Assembly: GCA_977017645.1 (NCBI GenBank)
Contig: OZ360229.1
Span: forward strand, 25,110,001 to 25,174,000
Direction of reading: 5' to 3'
From: Torpedo marmorata
Taxonomy: Eukaryota
Length of the DNA stretch: 64,000 nt
Part shown: in pieces, positions 51,847 through 64,000 of the stretch
Layout of the letters: the number at the start of each line of letters is the position of its first letter
Position numbering within the stretch: the first letter of the stretch is position 1
The notes under the pieces: model-generated
Seen by the model: the letters and a program-made list of their open reading frames with translations, nothing else
The model's database searches: none
Told to the model about the DNA's origin: nothing
Program-made: the position numbers and the translations under genes

Positions 51847-54759
51847 ACAAGTGAAGTCAAGGACAGTATAAAAATAAAAGAGAAGAAGTATAACTTAGCA
51901 AAGATGAGCGGGAAGCCGGAGGATTGGGAAACTTTTAAAGAGCAACAGAAGATAACTAAAAAGGCAATATGGGAGAAAAGATGAGGTACGAAGGTAGGCT
52001 AGCCAAGAATATAAAGGAGGAGAGTAAAAGCTTCTTTAGGTATGTGAAGAGGAAAAAATTAGTTAAGATCAATGTTGGACCCTTGAAGACAGAAATGGGT
52101 GAAATTATTATGGGGAACAAGGAAATGGCAGATGAGTTGAACAGGTACTTTGGATCTGTCTTCACTAGGGAAGACACAAACAACCTCCCAGATGTAATAG
52201 TGGACAGAGGACCTAGGGTAATGGAGGAACTGAAGGAAATTCACATTAGGCAGAAAATGGTGTTGGGTAGACTGATGGGACTGAAGGCTGATAAATCCCC
52301 AGGGCATGATGGTCTGCATCCCAGGGTACTTAAGGCGGTGGCTCTAGAAATCGTGGACGCATTGGTAATCATTTTCCAATGTTCTATAGATTCAGGATCA
52401 GTTCCTGCGGATTGGAGGGTAGCTAATGTTATCCCACTTTATAAGAAAGGAGGGAGAGGGAAAACAAGGAAATATAGACCAGTTTGCCTGACATCAATGG
52501 TGGAGAAGATGCTGGAGTCAATTATAAAAAATGAATAAGCGGCACATTTGGATAGCAGTAACAGGATCAGACCGAGTCAGCATGGATTTACGAAGGGGAA
52601 ATCATGCTTGACTAATCTTCTAGAATTTTTTGAGGATGTAACTATGAAAATGGATAAGGGAGAGCCAGTGGATGTAGTGTACCTGGACTTTCAGAAAGCC
52701 TTTGATAAGGTCCCACATAGGAGATTAGTGGGAAAAATTAGAGCACATGGTATTGGGGGTAGGGTACTGACATGGATAGAAAATTGGTTGGCAGACAAGA
52801 AACAAAGAGTAGGGATTCACGGGTCCCTTTCAGAATGGCAGGCAGTGACTAGTGGGGTACTGCAAGGCTCGGTGCTGGGACTGCAGCTGCTTACAATATA
52901 TATTAATGATTTAGATGAAGGGATTAAAAGTAACATTAGCAAATTTGCAGATGACACAAAACTGGGTGGCAGTGTGAAATGTGAGAAGATGTTATGAGAA
53001 TGCAGGGTGACTTGGACATGTTGGGTGAGTGGGCAGATGCATGGCAGATGCAGTTTAATGTGGATAAATGTGAGGTTATCCACTTTGGTGGCAAGAACAG
53101 GAAGGAAGATTACTATCTGAATGGTGTCAAGTTAGGAAAAGGGAAAGTACAACGAGATCTAGGTGTCCTTGTTCATCAGTCACTGAAAGTAAGCATGCAG
53201 GTACAGCAGGCAGTGATGAAAGCTAATGGCATGTTGGCCTTCATAACAAGGGGAGTTGAGTATAGGAGCAAAGAGGTCCTTTTGCAGTTGTACAGGGCCC
53301 TGGTGAGACCACACCTGGAGTATTATGTGCAGTTTTGGTCTCCATGTTTGAGGAAGGACATTCTTGCTATTGAGGGAGTGCAGCGTAGGTTCACAAGGTT
53401 AATTCCCGGGATGGCGGGACTGTCATATGTTGAAAGATTGGAGCGACAGGGCTTGTATACATGGGAATTTAGAAGGATGAGAGGGGATCTGATTGAAACA
53501 TATAAGATTATTAAGGGATTGGACACGCAAGAGGCAGGAAACATGTTCCCGATGTTGGGGGAGTCCAAAACCAAAGGCCACAGTTTAAGAATAAGGGATA
53601 GGCCATTTAGAATGGAGTTGAGGAAAAACTTTTTCACCCAGAGAGTTGTGGATCTGTGGAATGCTCTGCCTCAGAAGGCAGTGGAGGCCAATTCTCTGGA
53701 TGCTTTCAAGAAAGAGTTAGATAGAGCTCTTAAAGATAGCGGTGTCAAGGGATATGGGGAGAAGGCAGGAACAGGGTACTGATAGTGGATGATCAGCCAT
53801 AATCACAGTGAATGGCGGTGCTGGCTCGAAGGGCCGAATGGCCTACTCCTGCACCTATTGTCTATTGTCTATTTTCTTGTTACTTTATATTTTGTTTTCA
53901 AAACCAAACAAACTGGCTTCTCAGTGGGACATATTATTTGCAAATTGTGTGCAAAATGTGGCTAAGTTGTTAACTACAGCAACTTTACCTAAGCTAAGTC
54001 AGTGTTTTGTTCCTGTAAAGGTAACTCATTCTAATTAGACTAAGGGTAAAGTAATCTGGAGCTTGATTTCTGAGATCAAATCAAAATCATTTATGGATTT
54101 CTTCTTAACAATTTTCCTTTCCATTTATAAGAAAAGCCAAAACCAATTCATGAAAACTCCATGCCAAAACATTACATAAATAAGTTGATAATGTGCAACA
54201 CACTTGAAGGACAAGTGTGACATGTGTGAATGACAGCTCATGTCCTCCCACTTTCAGATGTTCAGCCAGAATCCAGCCATTGATCACACATATCAATTAA
54301 TCAACAATGGCTGCTGAAATACCCACAGTGCTCTCTGTTCCAGAACCTACCTTATCCACAGTATGATTTTGGTGCTGCGAGGTGGGACTTTATCTATGGA
54401 TGTTGTAGACCTGTATTTTCTTTTTGTACTGAGTACTACTAGAGCAGAAGTATCAAAGAACAATGAGCTCAAGTACTGCTTGGAGGTGTACCTAGGAAAT
54501 TAATCTTTGATTCTGAGATACTCCAGGTCCTCTTCAGCTTATGGGCCGGACTGTTTGGATGGTCACATTGAATTCCTGCAAAGGCACACTGAAAGTAGGA
54601 GTCATTTTGATCCATTTTCATTAATGCTCATTTGAACTGGCAAGAATTTAATTTATCAATTTTCTGTAAAGTTTCAGCAGGCCAAAGCAAAGGCCTCGAA
54701 CTACAATGTCATACCTGTTTTCCTACTGGCTTCAGAAGTTGGCTCTAATAGTGGTATCA

Positions 54760-54980
54760 TTATTATGGAACTCCCTACCGCAGAAAGTGGTTGAGGCTAG
54801 TTGGTTAGATCTATTCAAAGGGGAGTTGGATGTGGCACTTATGTCTCAAGGGATCAAGGAGTATGGAGGGAAAGCAGGAAGAGAGTACTGAGGTCTTTAA
54901 ATTAGCCATGATCCTATTGAATGGTAGTGCAGGCTAGAAGGGCTGAACGGCCTACTTTCTCTGATTCTCTGATTCTATTG
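54760..54980 (+). mobile_element. CR1 3' end
   Basis: LWNSLPQKVVEA..FKGELDVAL..QGIKEYG, followed by a 3' UTR like 53780-53870. Confidence 0.75.
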
Positions 54981-57900
54981 TAACTTGAAAGGCAGTCGTG
55001 ATTGATGAGCAGGACAAGGTTCGGGATCTGCCCACTCCTGTTCTCTAAGAGTATTATTCTGCAGTAATACCCTTCCATTCAATTCAATGGAATGGAGAGT
55101 GTACTCCTTCGAGTAGATAAGTTAAAGGGGAAATTCATAAGCATTTCAATGACTTTAGACGGAATAAATGGGTTCGATAACTAGATGGGAAGGTACCCAA
55201 AGAGTAAAAAGCTATGGCCAAAAATGCGCATGCGTCGAGTTCGCCGCGGAATGGGACAGGTTGGCGGTGTTGAGGGTTATTGATGTTCCAAGAATTGTGG
55301 CCTTGAGTACAAGACCTGAATGGGTGAAGGGGACCTCAAAATTCAAAGGATGAACCTAAAGGCGTAACTAAACGCGTGGCTGCAGAGGGAGATGGAGGGG
55401 AAGGACAAAGCGCGTTTTAAAGTGATCATGGCACAGACACGAATGGCCGAGCGGTCTCTTTCTGAGTGCAGTGAAACATGAAAGTCTGCAGACGTTGTGA
55501 TTCTCAGTGTCATCTCCTTATGATTCCATAGTTGTGCCATTGATGTAGTTACTTATTATATTAACACGTCGAATGTAGAATTAAACGCACTCGGCACCTT
55601 AAGGTTCGAAATCTTTATTCCCGCAATATAGTTACATTTCAAACGGAGTTTTTTGGTGATTTCATAAGCTTACATGCTTTCAGTGCCGCGTTATATATTT
55701 TAATTAACTGAGGCCCAAACGCAGCTGTTTTTTTTTAATGTGACTCTGGGTTCAAACCTCCAACTGAGCCCAGGGGACAGTTATTTCCCCAGGAGAGCGA
55801 GCAGAGAGATACGCTCCATCAAACCCCAGGACACATCCGCTGATATAAATATGGATAACCCCAGCGAGGAGAATAAGCTTTGAAAGGAAATTTCGAAAAC
55901 GCCTGGCGTTTTGTGGTCTGCACCTGTTTGTGTGTGTTTTTAAAAAAAATACTGCGATCCCTTTGGACCTGAATGTGGTGGAATAAAACTCTAATGAGGA
56001 GGGAAAAATGAGGGAGAAATATAGAGTCCCCCCTCCTCCTGGCACTGATGAATATGCAAATGTTAGAACAAGCGAGTTACGTATCCACTGCCTGTAAACT
56101 GACTTCGACTGGTTGGGAACTCCTCCGAGAGCTCTTTCTATCGAGAGGCCCAGACATGTACACATTGACTTAATTCCTGATGAAAATATCTGTTCAGAAC
56201 AAGAGGGGAAACGGGCTCGGGGTGGGGGAGAGAAAAAAACACTTAGTTATACCATTTAACTTTTTCTTTGGCCACGGCAAGTGTTTGAAAACCGTGCTGA
56301 GAAAACTCACGTTCATTCTGCTGACCTGGGCTTTACCCAAAATAATTTCCCTTCCACTCCGATTATTGATCATTGCAAAAGGGGGAAAAATCCGGGGAAA
56401 TGAGGAAAGGTGGTTTTCATAGTTTACTTTATCTCATTGCGTTCTTTGCGTATGACTAATATTTAAGTGAAACAACGTTGGAGGATGATGGGGGTGGGGG
56501 ATTGAGAATAGAACAATTCCTACTTTACATTCGTGCTCTTTCAGAGCTCTTCAGTTTCTCTTGTGGAAACTGTTCATGCCAAGCTGTCACGCCGTACTTG
56601 AACCCTCCCACCTGCGGTGGCGCTGCTTTGCCTCTTGGGAGGGAAGTGCCACATTTATTTTATTTCCTCATAAATATGTACATCATCGCTTATAATGGAA
56701 AACGTGCACTGAATATACACGTATACATAAATCTGTATTACATTAATGTGACATCAATAGCATACGTCCAGGGAAGTGTTATAGCAAATATATTAATGGC
56801 AGTAAATTTGCTAGTTACATAAGCGCATGATATATACAAGACATTGCTAATCTGCATTGCTCCAGCTTCTATATGTATGGGGTGATCACACAACACAGAT
56901 ACCAGCTATTCGGTCCCGCCAAACCTCCTGTGTATATGGAGTTTATGTTCGATGTAAACCTTTATTCCCTCATATTTATCATCAAACGCCTTTCAACCCC
57001 TTTTCTCTCTCGTCCTCCGCCCATCTTCCCTTAAATGCATTTCTGCTGTTTACAGAAGTAAATTAATTGAGCATTTCCATATGCACTATTCATGTTCTGG
57101 AGGGTCTTTAGTATTTCTCCGTTTTGTTTTGGCTTGCTCCCTGTAATGTATTATAACCCTCTTCCCAACCTGGTTAAGTGGCGGTGATTGCTTTTTACTG
57201 GCGAGGAGGTAACCTCTCGACAGACATCTCTCAACCGTAGAATCTCCCCTGAAATGTTATCCAAAGACCTCTGACGCGGGTTCTTGTCTGGGCAGCCGGC
57301 GAATAGTTCTAATAGTTTGATGTTATCACAACTCAATATATTTAAGTGATGCGAATTTGCTTCGATGCCCACTCTGGTGTCAGTGGGTCTGAACCCGATT
57401 TTGCTCTCGTTTGTCCACGACGCTATTAAAAAATGAGTCGACTTACTCGGTTTAAGGTCAGCAAGAATGAGGAAGGGTGATTTGAAGAAACGATATTCAA
57501 GACCTTAGATAATGGTGCACATAAAGGAATTCTTTGTACAACTATGTTTGTCTATTTTGCAGAGTAGAATGATATCAGAAACAGTTTGCTTTGAGAAAAA
57601 ATCTGGAGTGCGGAACAAGTAGAAAAGAGGCGCGACCCCTGAAAGGAAAGTCTTTGCAGAAGGAAGGATACCATGGAAGGAAACATGGTCGCGAAACAGG
57701 CCAACCATCCAATGGGGGGAAATCCATTACGGATTAAAGGTAAACGACCCAGTCCCGGATTGCTGATACGCAAGTGTGTATAAATATACTTCGTGATCGT
57801 GAATGAGGCCCAAGAGCTCAGGGATCCGTTAGTTCCACTGGTGCGAAATGGTCTGAGGGGCCATATGGTCTTATGGCCACAAAGAAAAACTGCATCAAAC

Positions 57901-58029
57901 TGGCCGTGCCCAGGAGCAGTCGGCAAACTCTGCTGGGTAACACTCTGACCGCCAAAAGTACAAGAGTAGGTGAACAGGGAGAAATGTAATGCCTCGCTTT
58001 TGAAGAAAGGGCTGGTTACAATAACAAAT

Positions 58030-58275
58030 AAAAACAGAAAATTCTGGAAATGCCTCGGTATTCGTACAGGATCTTATGGAGGGAGAGACAGTTAATCTTT
58101 CATTATAGTGAAATAGACCAGTCAGTTGGATGAAAGGCCATCAATCTGAAACGTCATCTCTCTCCTTACCCCTCTCTCTCTCTCACTCACTCACTCTCTC
58201 ACTCTCTCTCCCTCTCTCTCTCTCGATGCTGCCCGACTTGTCGAGCATTTCCAGCTATTCCAATTTTATTTCCAA
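58030..58275. mobile_element. Degenerate fold-back Penelope-derived element
   Basis: ctggaaatgc / gcatttccagc arms; gatgaaagg....atctgaaacgt core. Confidence 0.5.
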
Positions 58276-59296
58276 ATTCCAATTTCATCATCTACGTTTT
58301 GGGGATTTTGAATATTGTTTGCCAGTTCAATAAGTCTTGAAGAATGTGTAACATTGGAGGAGTCTAGGAAATGAAAACATTTGTAAATGAGAACAGTGCG
58401 TCTTCAAGTGGTGCATCTAACACATTGAACTATAAATATATCGCGATCACTAATGAATAAGATTCAGCATAAAATGCTCCCCGAAAATAAAACTAGTTAG
58501 AATATACAATGGGCTCCCCACAAAACGAAAAATAAGTGTATTAGGAGTTAAATGAAGAAGAACTCGGCGTCCACCCCCCCCCCCCACCCCTCTCTCTCGG
58601 CATGATGGTCTGTATCGTGAGTACTTTACTGTATAGTATTTTGAATGTAGGTGAGGTTTTGGATGCATTTTCCAAGTATACTTGCTGCGGGTGAATTCTG
58701 GCTCTATATATTGCAGGCCCGCGTTGAGGTTTGTGTTCGGATCATATGTAAGGTTTAGGTTAGTAAAATGAGCTAGGTTAAGTGATGAGGTCGGGGCGGT
58801 CGATGGAGCAGGACTTGGCCAGTGCTGAAAGCAAGAGCGTTCCAGGAGTCACCGAATTGGAAATTATTGATAGGGATTGGGGTTAAGTTTGGGGATCAAT
58901 CTAAGGCAAATTATTAAAACAAAATGCCAGTCAAATTAATAGCAATCCCAGAACGGAACCGGTGTCATCCCCTGAATGGGCCGGCTATTGTCTTTACATC
59001 CCTGCTCCGCGCTTTATCTCTACTATTCTTATGACGAATATCAATCTATGCGAAAACGCGGCAAAACAAAACAATGATCTAAAATCAAACTCCATTTAAG
59101 ATCTACGCTGATCTTTAAACCAAAACCTTCATGTCCAATAATTTGGCCATTAAAGCCTAGATACTAATAATGTCCAGTGGAAGGCAGTTTCGTAAGATAC
59201 TTTTTCATCGAAAGCGACTTACGCCTTGAATCCGTCGTTTTAATCAGGACCTGCCGACCTCTGGCGAAACATAACCGATTACTAAATTCCAAGCGA

Positions 59297-59515
59297 GACC
59301 CAGGAGACTCTGCAGATGCTGGAATCTGCAGCAAAAAATAAAAACTGCTGGACGAACTCAGCGGGTCGAGCAGCATCTGTGGAGCAAAGGGAATTGTCGA
59401 CGCTTCGGGTCGAGACCCTGCGTCAAGGACCTGCCACAATTCCTTTCACCCGACAGACGCTGCTCGACCCGATGAGTCCTCCAGGTCGAGTCCTCCAGCG
59501 GCTTTCTTGTTGTTT
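59297..59515. mobile_element. Fold-back Penelope-derived element (different subfamily, CpGs retained)
   Basis: ctgcagatgctggaatc...gctggacgaactcagcgggtcgagcagc / gctgctcgacccgatgagtcctccag. Minus-strand core ttgacgcagggtctcgacccgaagcgtc. Confidence 0.75.
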
Positions 59516-60106
59516 GCATTAATTTGCAAACACTTGCAGCATGCCGACAGTTTCCACGTGTTTAAATAAATGTTTCCAGTTTAAAAATCTTGTTTAGTGT
59601 TAATTTCTTCGTTGTGTTTAAATTCACGGATTGAAGAAGCAATCTCGAAAATTTTCATTTTTCATTCAATTGGTCCAGCGATTTGGCCATTCCCATACAC
59701 AGTTCGTCCAGAACGTCGCGTTATCTATACAAGCACACACACATTCCTTGAACATGAATTGCTTGAACGTTTATTCAATATAATTGAAATTCTAAAGTAG
59801 TGTGAATCCATGAATTCTTTCTCGTTGTTTCTAATTTATTTCTTCCGAGGGGCACAGTCTGACAACCCATATTGTATCCTACGCCAACCAGTGCAAGACC
59901 CGACTGTTCTCGGGGTCACATTGAGTCCGCTGTGTGAAGTTTCTGTTTGTCTTTTTGAGAACCCTACTCTTCCAAAGCTCCAATAGACTCTGTGAGGTGA
60001 CGATAACAATTGGAAGCAATTTATGTCCAATTTGTAACCACCCTTGGCCTGGGAGCATGTAATTGCCGCGCACAATTTTACCTGCTAGTCCTATATAATC
60101 ATCTGG

Positions 60107-60241
60107 NNNNNNNNNNNNNNNNNNNNNNNNNNNNNNNNNNNNNNNNNNNNNNNNNNNNNNNNNNNNNNNNNNNNNNNNNNNNNNNNNNNNNNNNNNNNNN
60201 NNNNNNNNNNNNNNNNNNNNNNNNNNNNNNNNNNNNNNNNN
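60107..60241. other. Assembly gap (135 N)
   Basis: Run of N. Confidence 1.
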
Positions 60242-60518
60242 AAATAAAGGATCTGCTTTTAAGACACAAGGCACGGTCAGAGTTTCGGTTGTCGTTTTGC
60301 TGCCTCTACTTTCCAGCAGTTGAAATGTATTAATTATCAAAATCTTAAAGTAATATATTATTCCAAATACATTTTTGCACCCTCTACCCCCAATCCAAGA
60401 TACTAAGTGGCGATGGTGAGTGGTATCTATGACTGGAGCAGCGGGTGCACGACTCAGAATTAAACCAACACATTCATTAAATCTACTCAGATGGTAGTTT
60501 ACCCTTACGCCTTTGAGC

Positions 60519-60520
<2 letters not shown>

Positions 60521-60580
<60 letters not shown>

Positions 60581-60595
60581 AGCGTGTGTGTGTAT
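60521..60595. repeat. (GT)n(GA)n compound microsatellite
   Basis: Seen directly in the sequence. Confidence 0.95.
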
Positions 60596-61841
60596 GAGCG
60601 TGTGTCTGAGAAGGTCACTGATGCGCCCCCGTCTGTAACTGACTGAGGACAAATCTCTTACACGGGAACACAAAGCTTTCAAGTAAAATGAACTTTGAAA
60701 GACTCCGCTCCCGATTATTACCCTGGTTCACGTTTTCCGTTATATATCCCCCCCCAAAATAAAATCCACACAAATAAATAACTGGGTTCAAAATTCATCC
60801 GAACTATATTTTCCTTAGTAGTTTTAATTTTAAATCCCCGCTGGACATAAAAGGTGAATTAGTGCAATTCATCCCGACAGGAATGTAACTCGAATAGGGT
60901 TATAGGGATATGACATATGCATGTCAATTTAACATTGTCCCAGAAATTCCCGCTAGGGTCCCAAGATTCCGACTGGGGATGTGGTGCAATATCGTGCTCC
61001 CGACTCTGGACCACCCTCTGAATCCTTGTAAGAAAGGCTGCAGCAAACAGATACAAACAGGCTGCGACTAAGGCAAGCGCTGTCCAATGCATAGAGCCAG
61101 CCTGAGCGGCGAACCTCAGGAACCCGTTGTTTCGCGGTGTGATGGTTGAAACCCCTCTCGTTTAGCGAGGGACGGGGCTTAACCGGCACCAGGGTTTGCA
61201 AAACAGACAGTCCACGCCAGTTAATATAATTAAAAGTTAACCCAGACAGTACAACATTTATCCATAGTTTATTTATCTCCGCACATTCTATGCACCAATA
61301 CATTTAATGTACATCATACACCCTCTCCTCTTGAAATATTTCGCAACATGTTACATTTCATTTACCTACCAGATACCGAGAGTTTTATTTAAAGAAATAT
61401 ATTAAGGTCGCTTTTTCGATTCCTCCCTTGGCATTCACCGCGTGCCTTAATTGTATGATATTAAATCAAGGTCCGCCGTGAACACGGAGAGCGAGACCGC
61501 TGCCCTTCTCCCATCCCGGTTTCCGCCGGTGCAGTGTACATTAAGCTTCTTGCTCCGTTTTATCTGCGCGCTTGTTACCTGTGCAGCTGAACAGCTCCTC
61601 CTCCGCATCCTCACTGTACATTTCTCCTGCTTTGGGCTGCTTTGCAATAATTATATGCTAAGATTTCGGTGTCTTTTTGTTTTCGGATGAACCACTTTTC
61701 TGTTCGGGCGAGAGGAGCTCTATATTGCTGGTCCTTCGTGCCTCTCTTTTATTAAAGGGAGGGCGTTCAAAGTAGGGCAGTGTCCCATGTGGCTCCTGGG
61801 TCCATCTGGTCGTTTAGGATCCGCAAAATCCTGGAGAGAGA

Positions 61842-61844
<3 letters not shown>

Positions 61845-61913
<69 letters not shown>
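61845..61913. repeat. (CA)n microsatellite
   Basis: Seen directly in the sequence. Confidence 0.95.
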
Positions 61914-61918
<5 letters not shown>

Positions 61919-63284
61919 AGGGACAGTGACTAGCATGGCTCAGTCGGTGACCGACGAGTGCATCCAAAAAAAAGCCAGTCCCACGAACAGTGACCGGTCT
62001 CTCAACCTCGCTCCAAAAATTACACTGAGAAATGCCCCTTTATCAGTCTGCAGCTCTCCAAAAACGCGCCTTTCCCACCCAAATCGATAACGAACCAATG
62101 CGACGGGGATGGTGGGGTTGGCAGAAGGAGAAGGGATGTTTGTTGTTAGACAATGTGGATCTGAAGAGGAATGTTGTTATTTTTTTTTTTGGAGAGGTTT
62201 GCTTTTGTGAGAAGGTAACTTCAGCATCCGTTGCCTTTCCTCCTTTCGACCGGAGAAGAGGTGCGCTCGCAGTTCCACTGCGCACTCCGGCGCAGATTAT
62301 ACATCCACTGCAGCCTGAGCCTTGCCTCAGGACCACAGCTGGTGGGATCAGACTCTACCCCAACGGATTACTGGCCGCTTATGACGTCGGCACAAGTGCT
62401 GCCTCTCGCAGTTCAACCCAACAGACACGCTTTCCTCTCTATCCCGGGACTGCGGCGGGCACAGATGAAACGTTAGCAACCGCATTGACACAAAAATAAA
62501 TATTTTGCGACACAAGCCTCCACCAGATCGGCAATGATCAACCGGGTTGATTGCCTCAAATTTCAGCTCACCCCCGAGTTAAGGGCCAAAGCTTCAAGAA
62601 CACAATTGTTTTGAGGCAGGGATTGCCGAATCCACGTTTATAACCAATGGTTAGAAGTTTTATTCATGAGATGGAAAGAAAATGTGCATCTTTTATTAAA
62701 GCTTCTAAATCGCCCTTGCTGCTGAATCTTGGTATCTCATCGCTTCAACTTCTTCCTGCCCAGTTGAATTATATGGCCAGCCTTCGTCGCGCACCCAAAT
62801 TAAGATTAACTGATGCGCTATAATAAACTGCAAGATGTTCTTTAGCATTTTGCAGCCAATGATGAAAAATCAAATTTTATCCAAACAAACATTCAACAAC
62901 AACCCTCCAGTTTAGTATTTAACGAGGCCCAAGTTCTGGGTCTGCAGAATGCGCATGTGTTCCTTTGCTCATTCAACTCGCATGTGTTTGTGTGCGTTCG
63001 CGCTATCGGATATATAGATATAAAACAATGTGTCAGGATCTTGAGTGATTGGGATCTGAATGGACCTGACGTCAATTAATTTTATAAATTAACTATCTAT
63101 CCTGCGGCCCTGGGAGAGTTCAAAAAGGCAGATGAAGCCGGGATCGATATATACAATTAATTTCTTTAACTCTATTCTCCTGCTGAAGACACACATCCAT
63201 CTTTACGACGTGATTATCAAATGTAAAATTTGCTCCCGTTTATCATAATTGTATAATCCAGTAAAGGACCATTGCCCGGGATTT

Positions 63285-63305
63285 ATAATATATACATATA
63301 TAATG

Positions 63306-63351
<46 letters not shown>

Positions 63352-63400
63352 TGTGTGTGTGTACTGTACAAACACACACACACGCGCGTGTATATATTTA
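63285..63400. repeat. (TA)n/(GT)n/(CA)n compound microsatellite
   Basis: Seen directly in the sequence. Confidence 0.9.
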
Positions 63401-63429
63401 TATCTTCAGAACGGGTACCAATTATGAGA

Positions 63430-63450
63430 TGCGCTGTCCGTGGTACTGAT
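63430..63450 (-). promoter_or_regulatory. RE1/NRSE (REST-binding) element
   Basis: Minus strand ATCAGTACCACGGACAGCGCA versus consensus TTCAGCACCACGGACAGCGCC (18/21, canonical spacing). Confidence 0.75.
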
Positions 63451-64000
63451 GAGCCCCAATTGGAATAGAGAGGTGGAATAAAACCTCCCGCGACTGTGAG
63501 GTTATTTACCAGCTTCACTAACAGGATAATTTGAAAACAAAAAGCACAGCACTGATAACCATCACCTCCTCAATCAACGCGGATGAACAGCAATTGCCAG
63601 CGATACCAACGATGCCCATTTCCGAAGAATGAACAACACATTACCTCGTTGAATTAATAGCGTAACAACATTTTAAATGTATGATTTAAATCCACGAAAC
63701 TAATCTAAAAAGAAAGAATATAGAGCGAAGTACCCAGAATATATCTGGGAATAGATGCTTTTGTACGTATACAAATATGAGAAAATAGGGCAATGAATTT
63801 TTCGCCCTTTTTAATTTGCCGAAATAAGAAACAATTCTCCCGCCCACCTATGTCCCAAGAACACAATTAGTGTATTAAAATAGCACGGACCAAGGCCCTG
63901 TTAAAGATTCCTTGTCATTTGATGAAGATATTGAGTATCTATTGACCGACCACGCACCACAGTAATGTAATAAAGTCGTCTCTCCAATTTGCATGAGCTC

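Larger units (their letters stand above)
51119..53873 (+). mobile_element. CR1 LINE ORF2 (end of EN to 3' UTR) with few frameshifts and a (CTATTGT)n tail
   Basis: DHNMVSF, KSPGHDGLHPRVLK, SQHGF, YLDFQKAFDKVPH, QGSVLG, KFADDTKL and LVRPHLEY..QFWSP. Confidence 0.93.
55200..64000. promoter_or_regulatory. Broad CpG-enriched, TE-poor domain (putative non-methylated region)
   Basis: CpG is visibly far more frequent than in unique sequence at 1-40 kb despite moderate GC. Judged by eye, not computed. Confidence 0.5.

Noticed and set aside
55225-55234. NRF1-like TGCGCATGCG
   Set aside because: It appears to lie in a decayed retroelement tail and has no other promoter support.
56607-56625. CTCF-like motif CCACCTGCGGTGGCGCTG
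   Set aside because: Only the 3' half matches; the 5' core positions mismatch.
59879-60682. 267-aa ORF
   Set aside because: It runs through the N gap and microsatellites, so it is an artefact.

Overview
This is vertebrate genomic DNA, most likely from a cartilaginous fish (inferred from the HE1/V-SINE, CR1, Rex1 and Neptune-Penelope repeat mix). The + strand carries the 3' part of YTHDF2, the m6A reader: a 1563-nt internal exon (6979-8541), a ~25.7-kb last intron, and a terminal exon (34282 to ~35160) encoding ERQGRVK*. Earlier exons were not found and probably lie upstream. Introns and downstream DNA are dense in retroelements (a young L1, Rex1/Babar, CR1, RTE relic, Penelope-like, tRNA SINEs) and DNA MITEs. 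The right end (~55-64 kb) is CpG-enriched and holds a near-consensus REST site. The most interesting signals are: (i) a 20-nt candidate micro-exon in the last YTHDF2 intron that would remove the exon-junction-spanning SUMO motif VKKE; (ii) minimal hammerhead ribozyme motifs in the Penelope-like elements, plus a family of short TSD-flanked fold-back derivatives; (iii) the RE1 site. All calls were made by eye with no database searches, and repeat boundaries are approximate unless a TSD or TIR is given.
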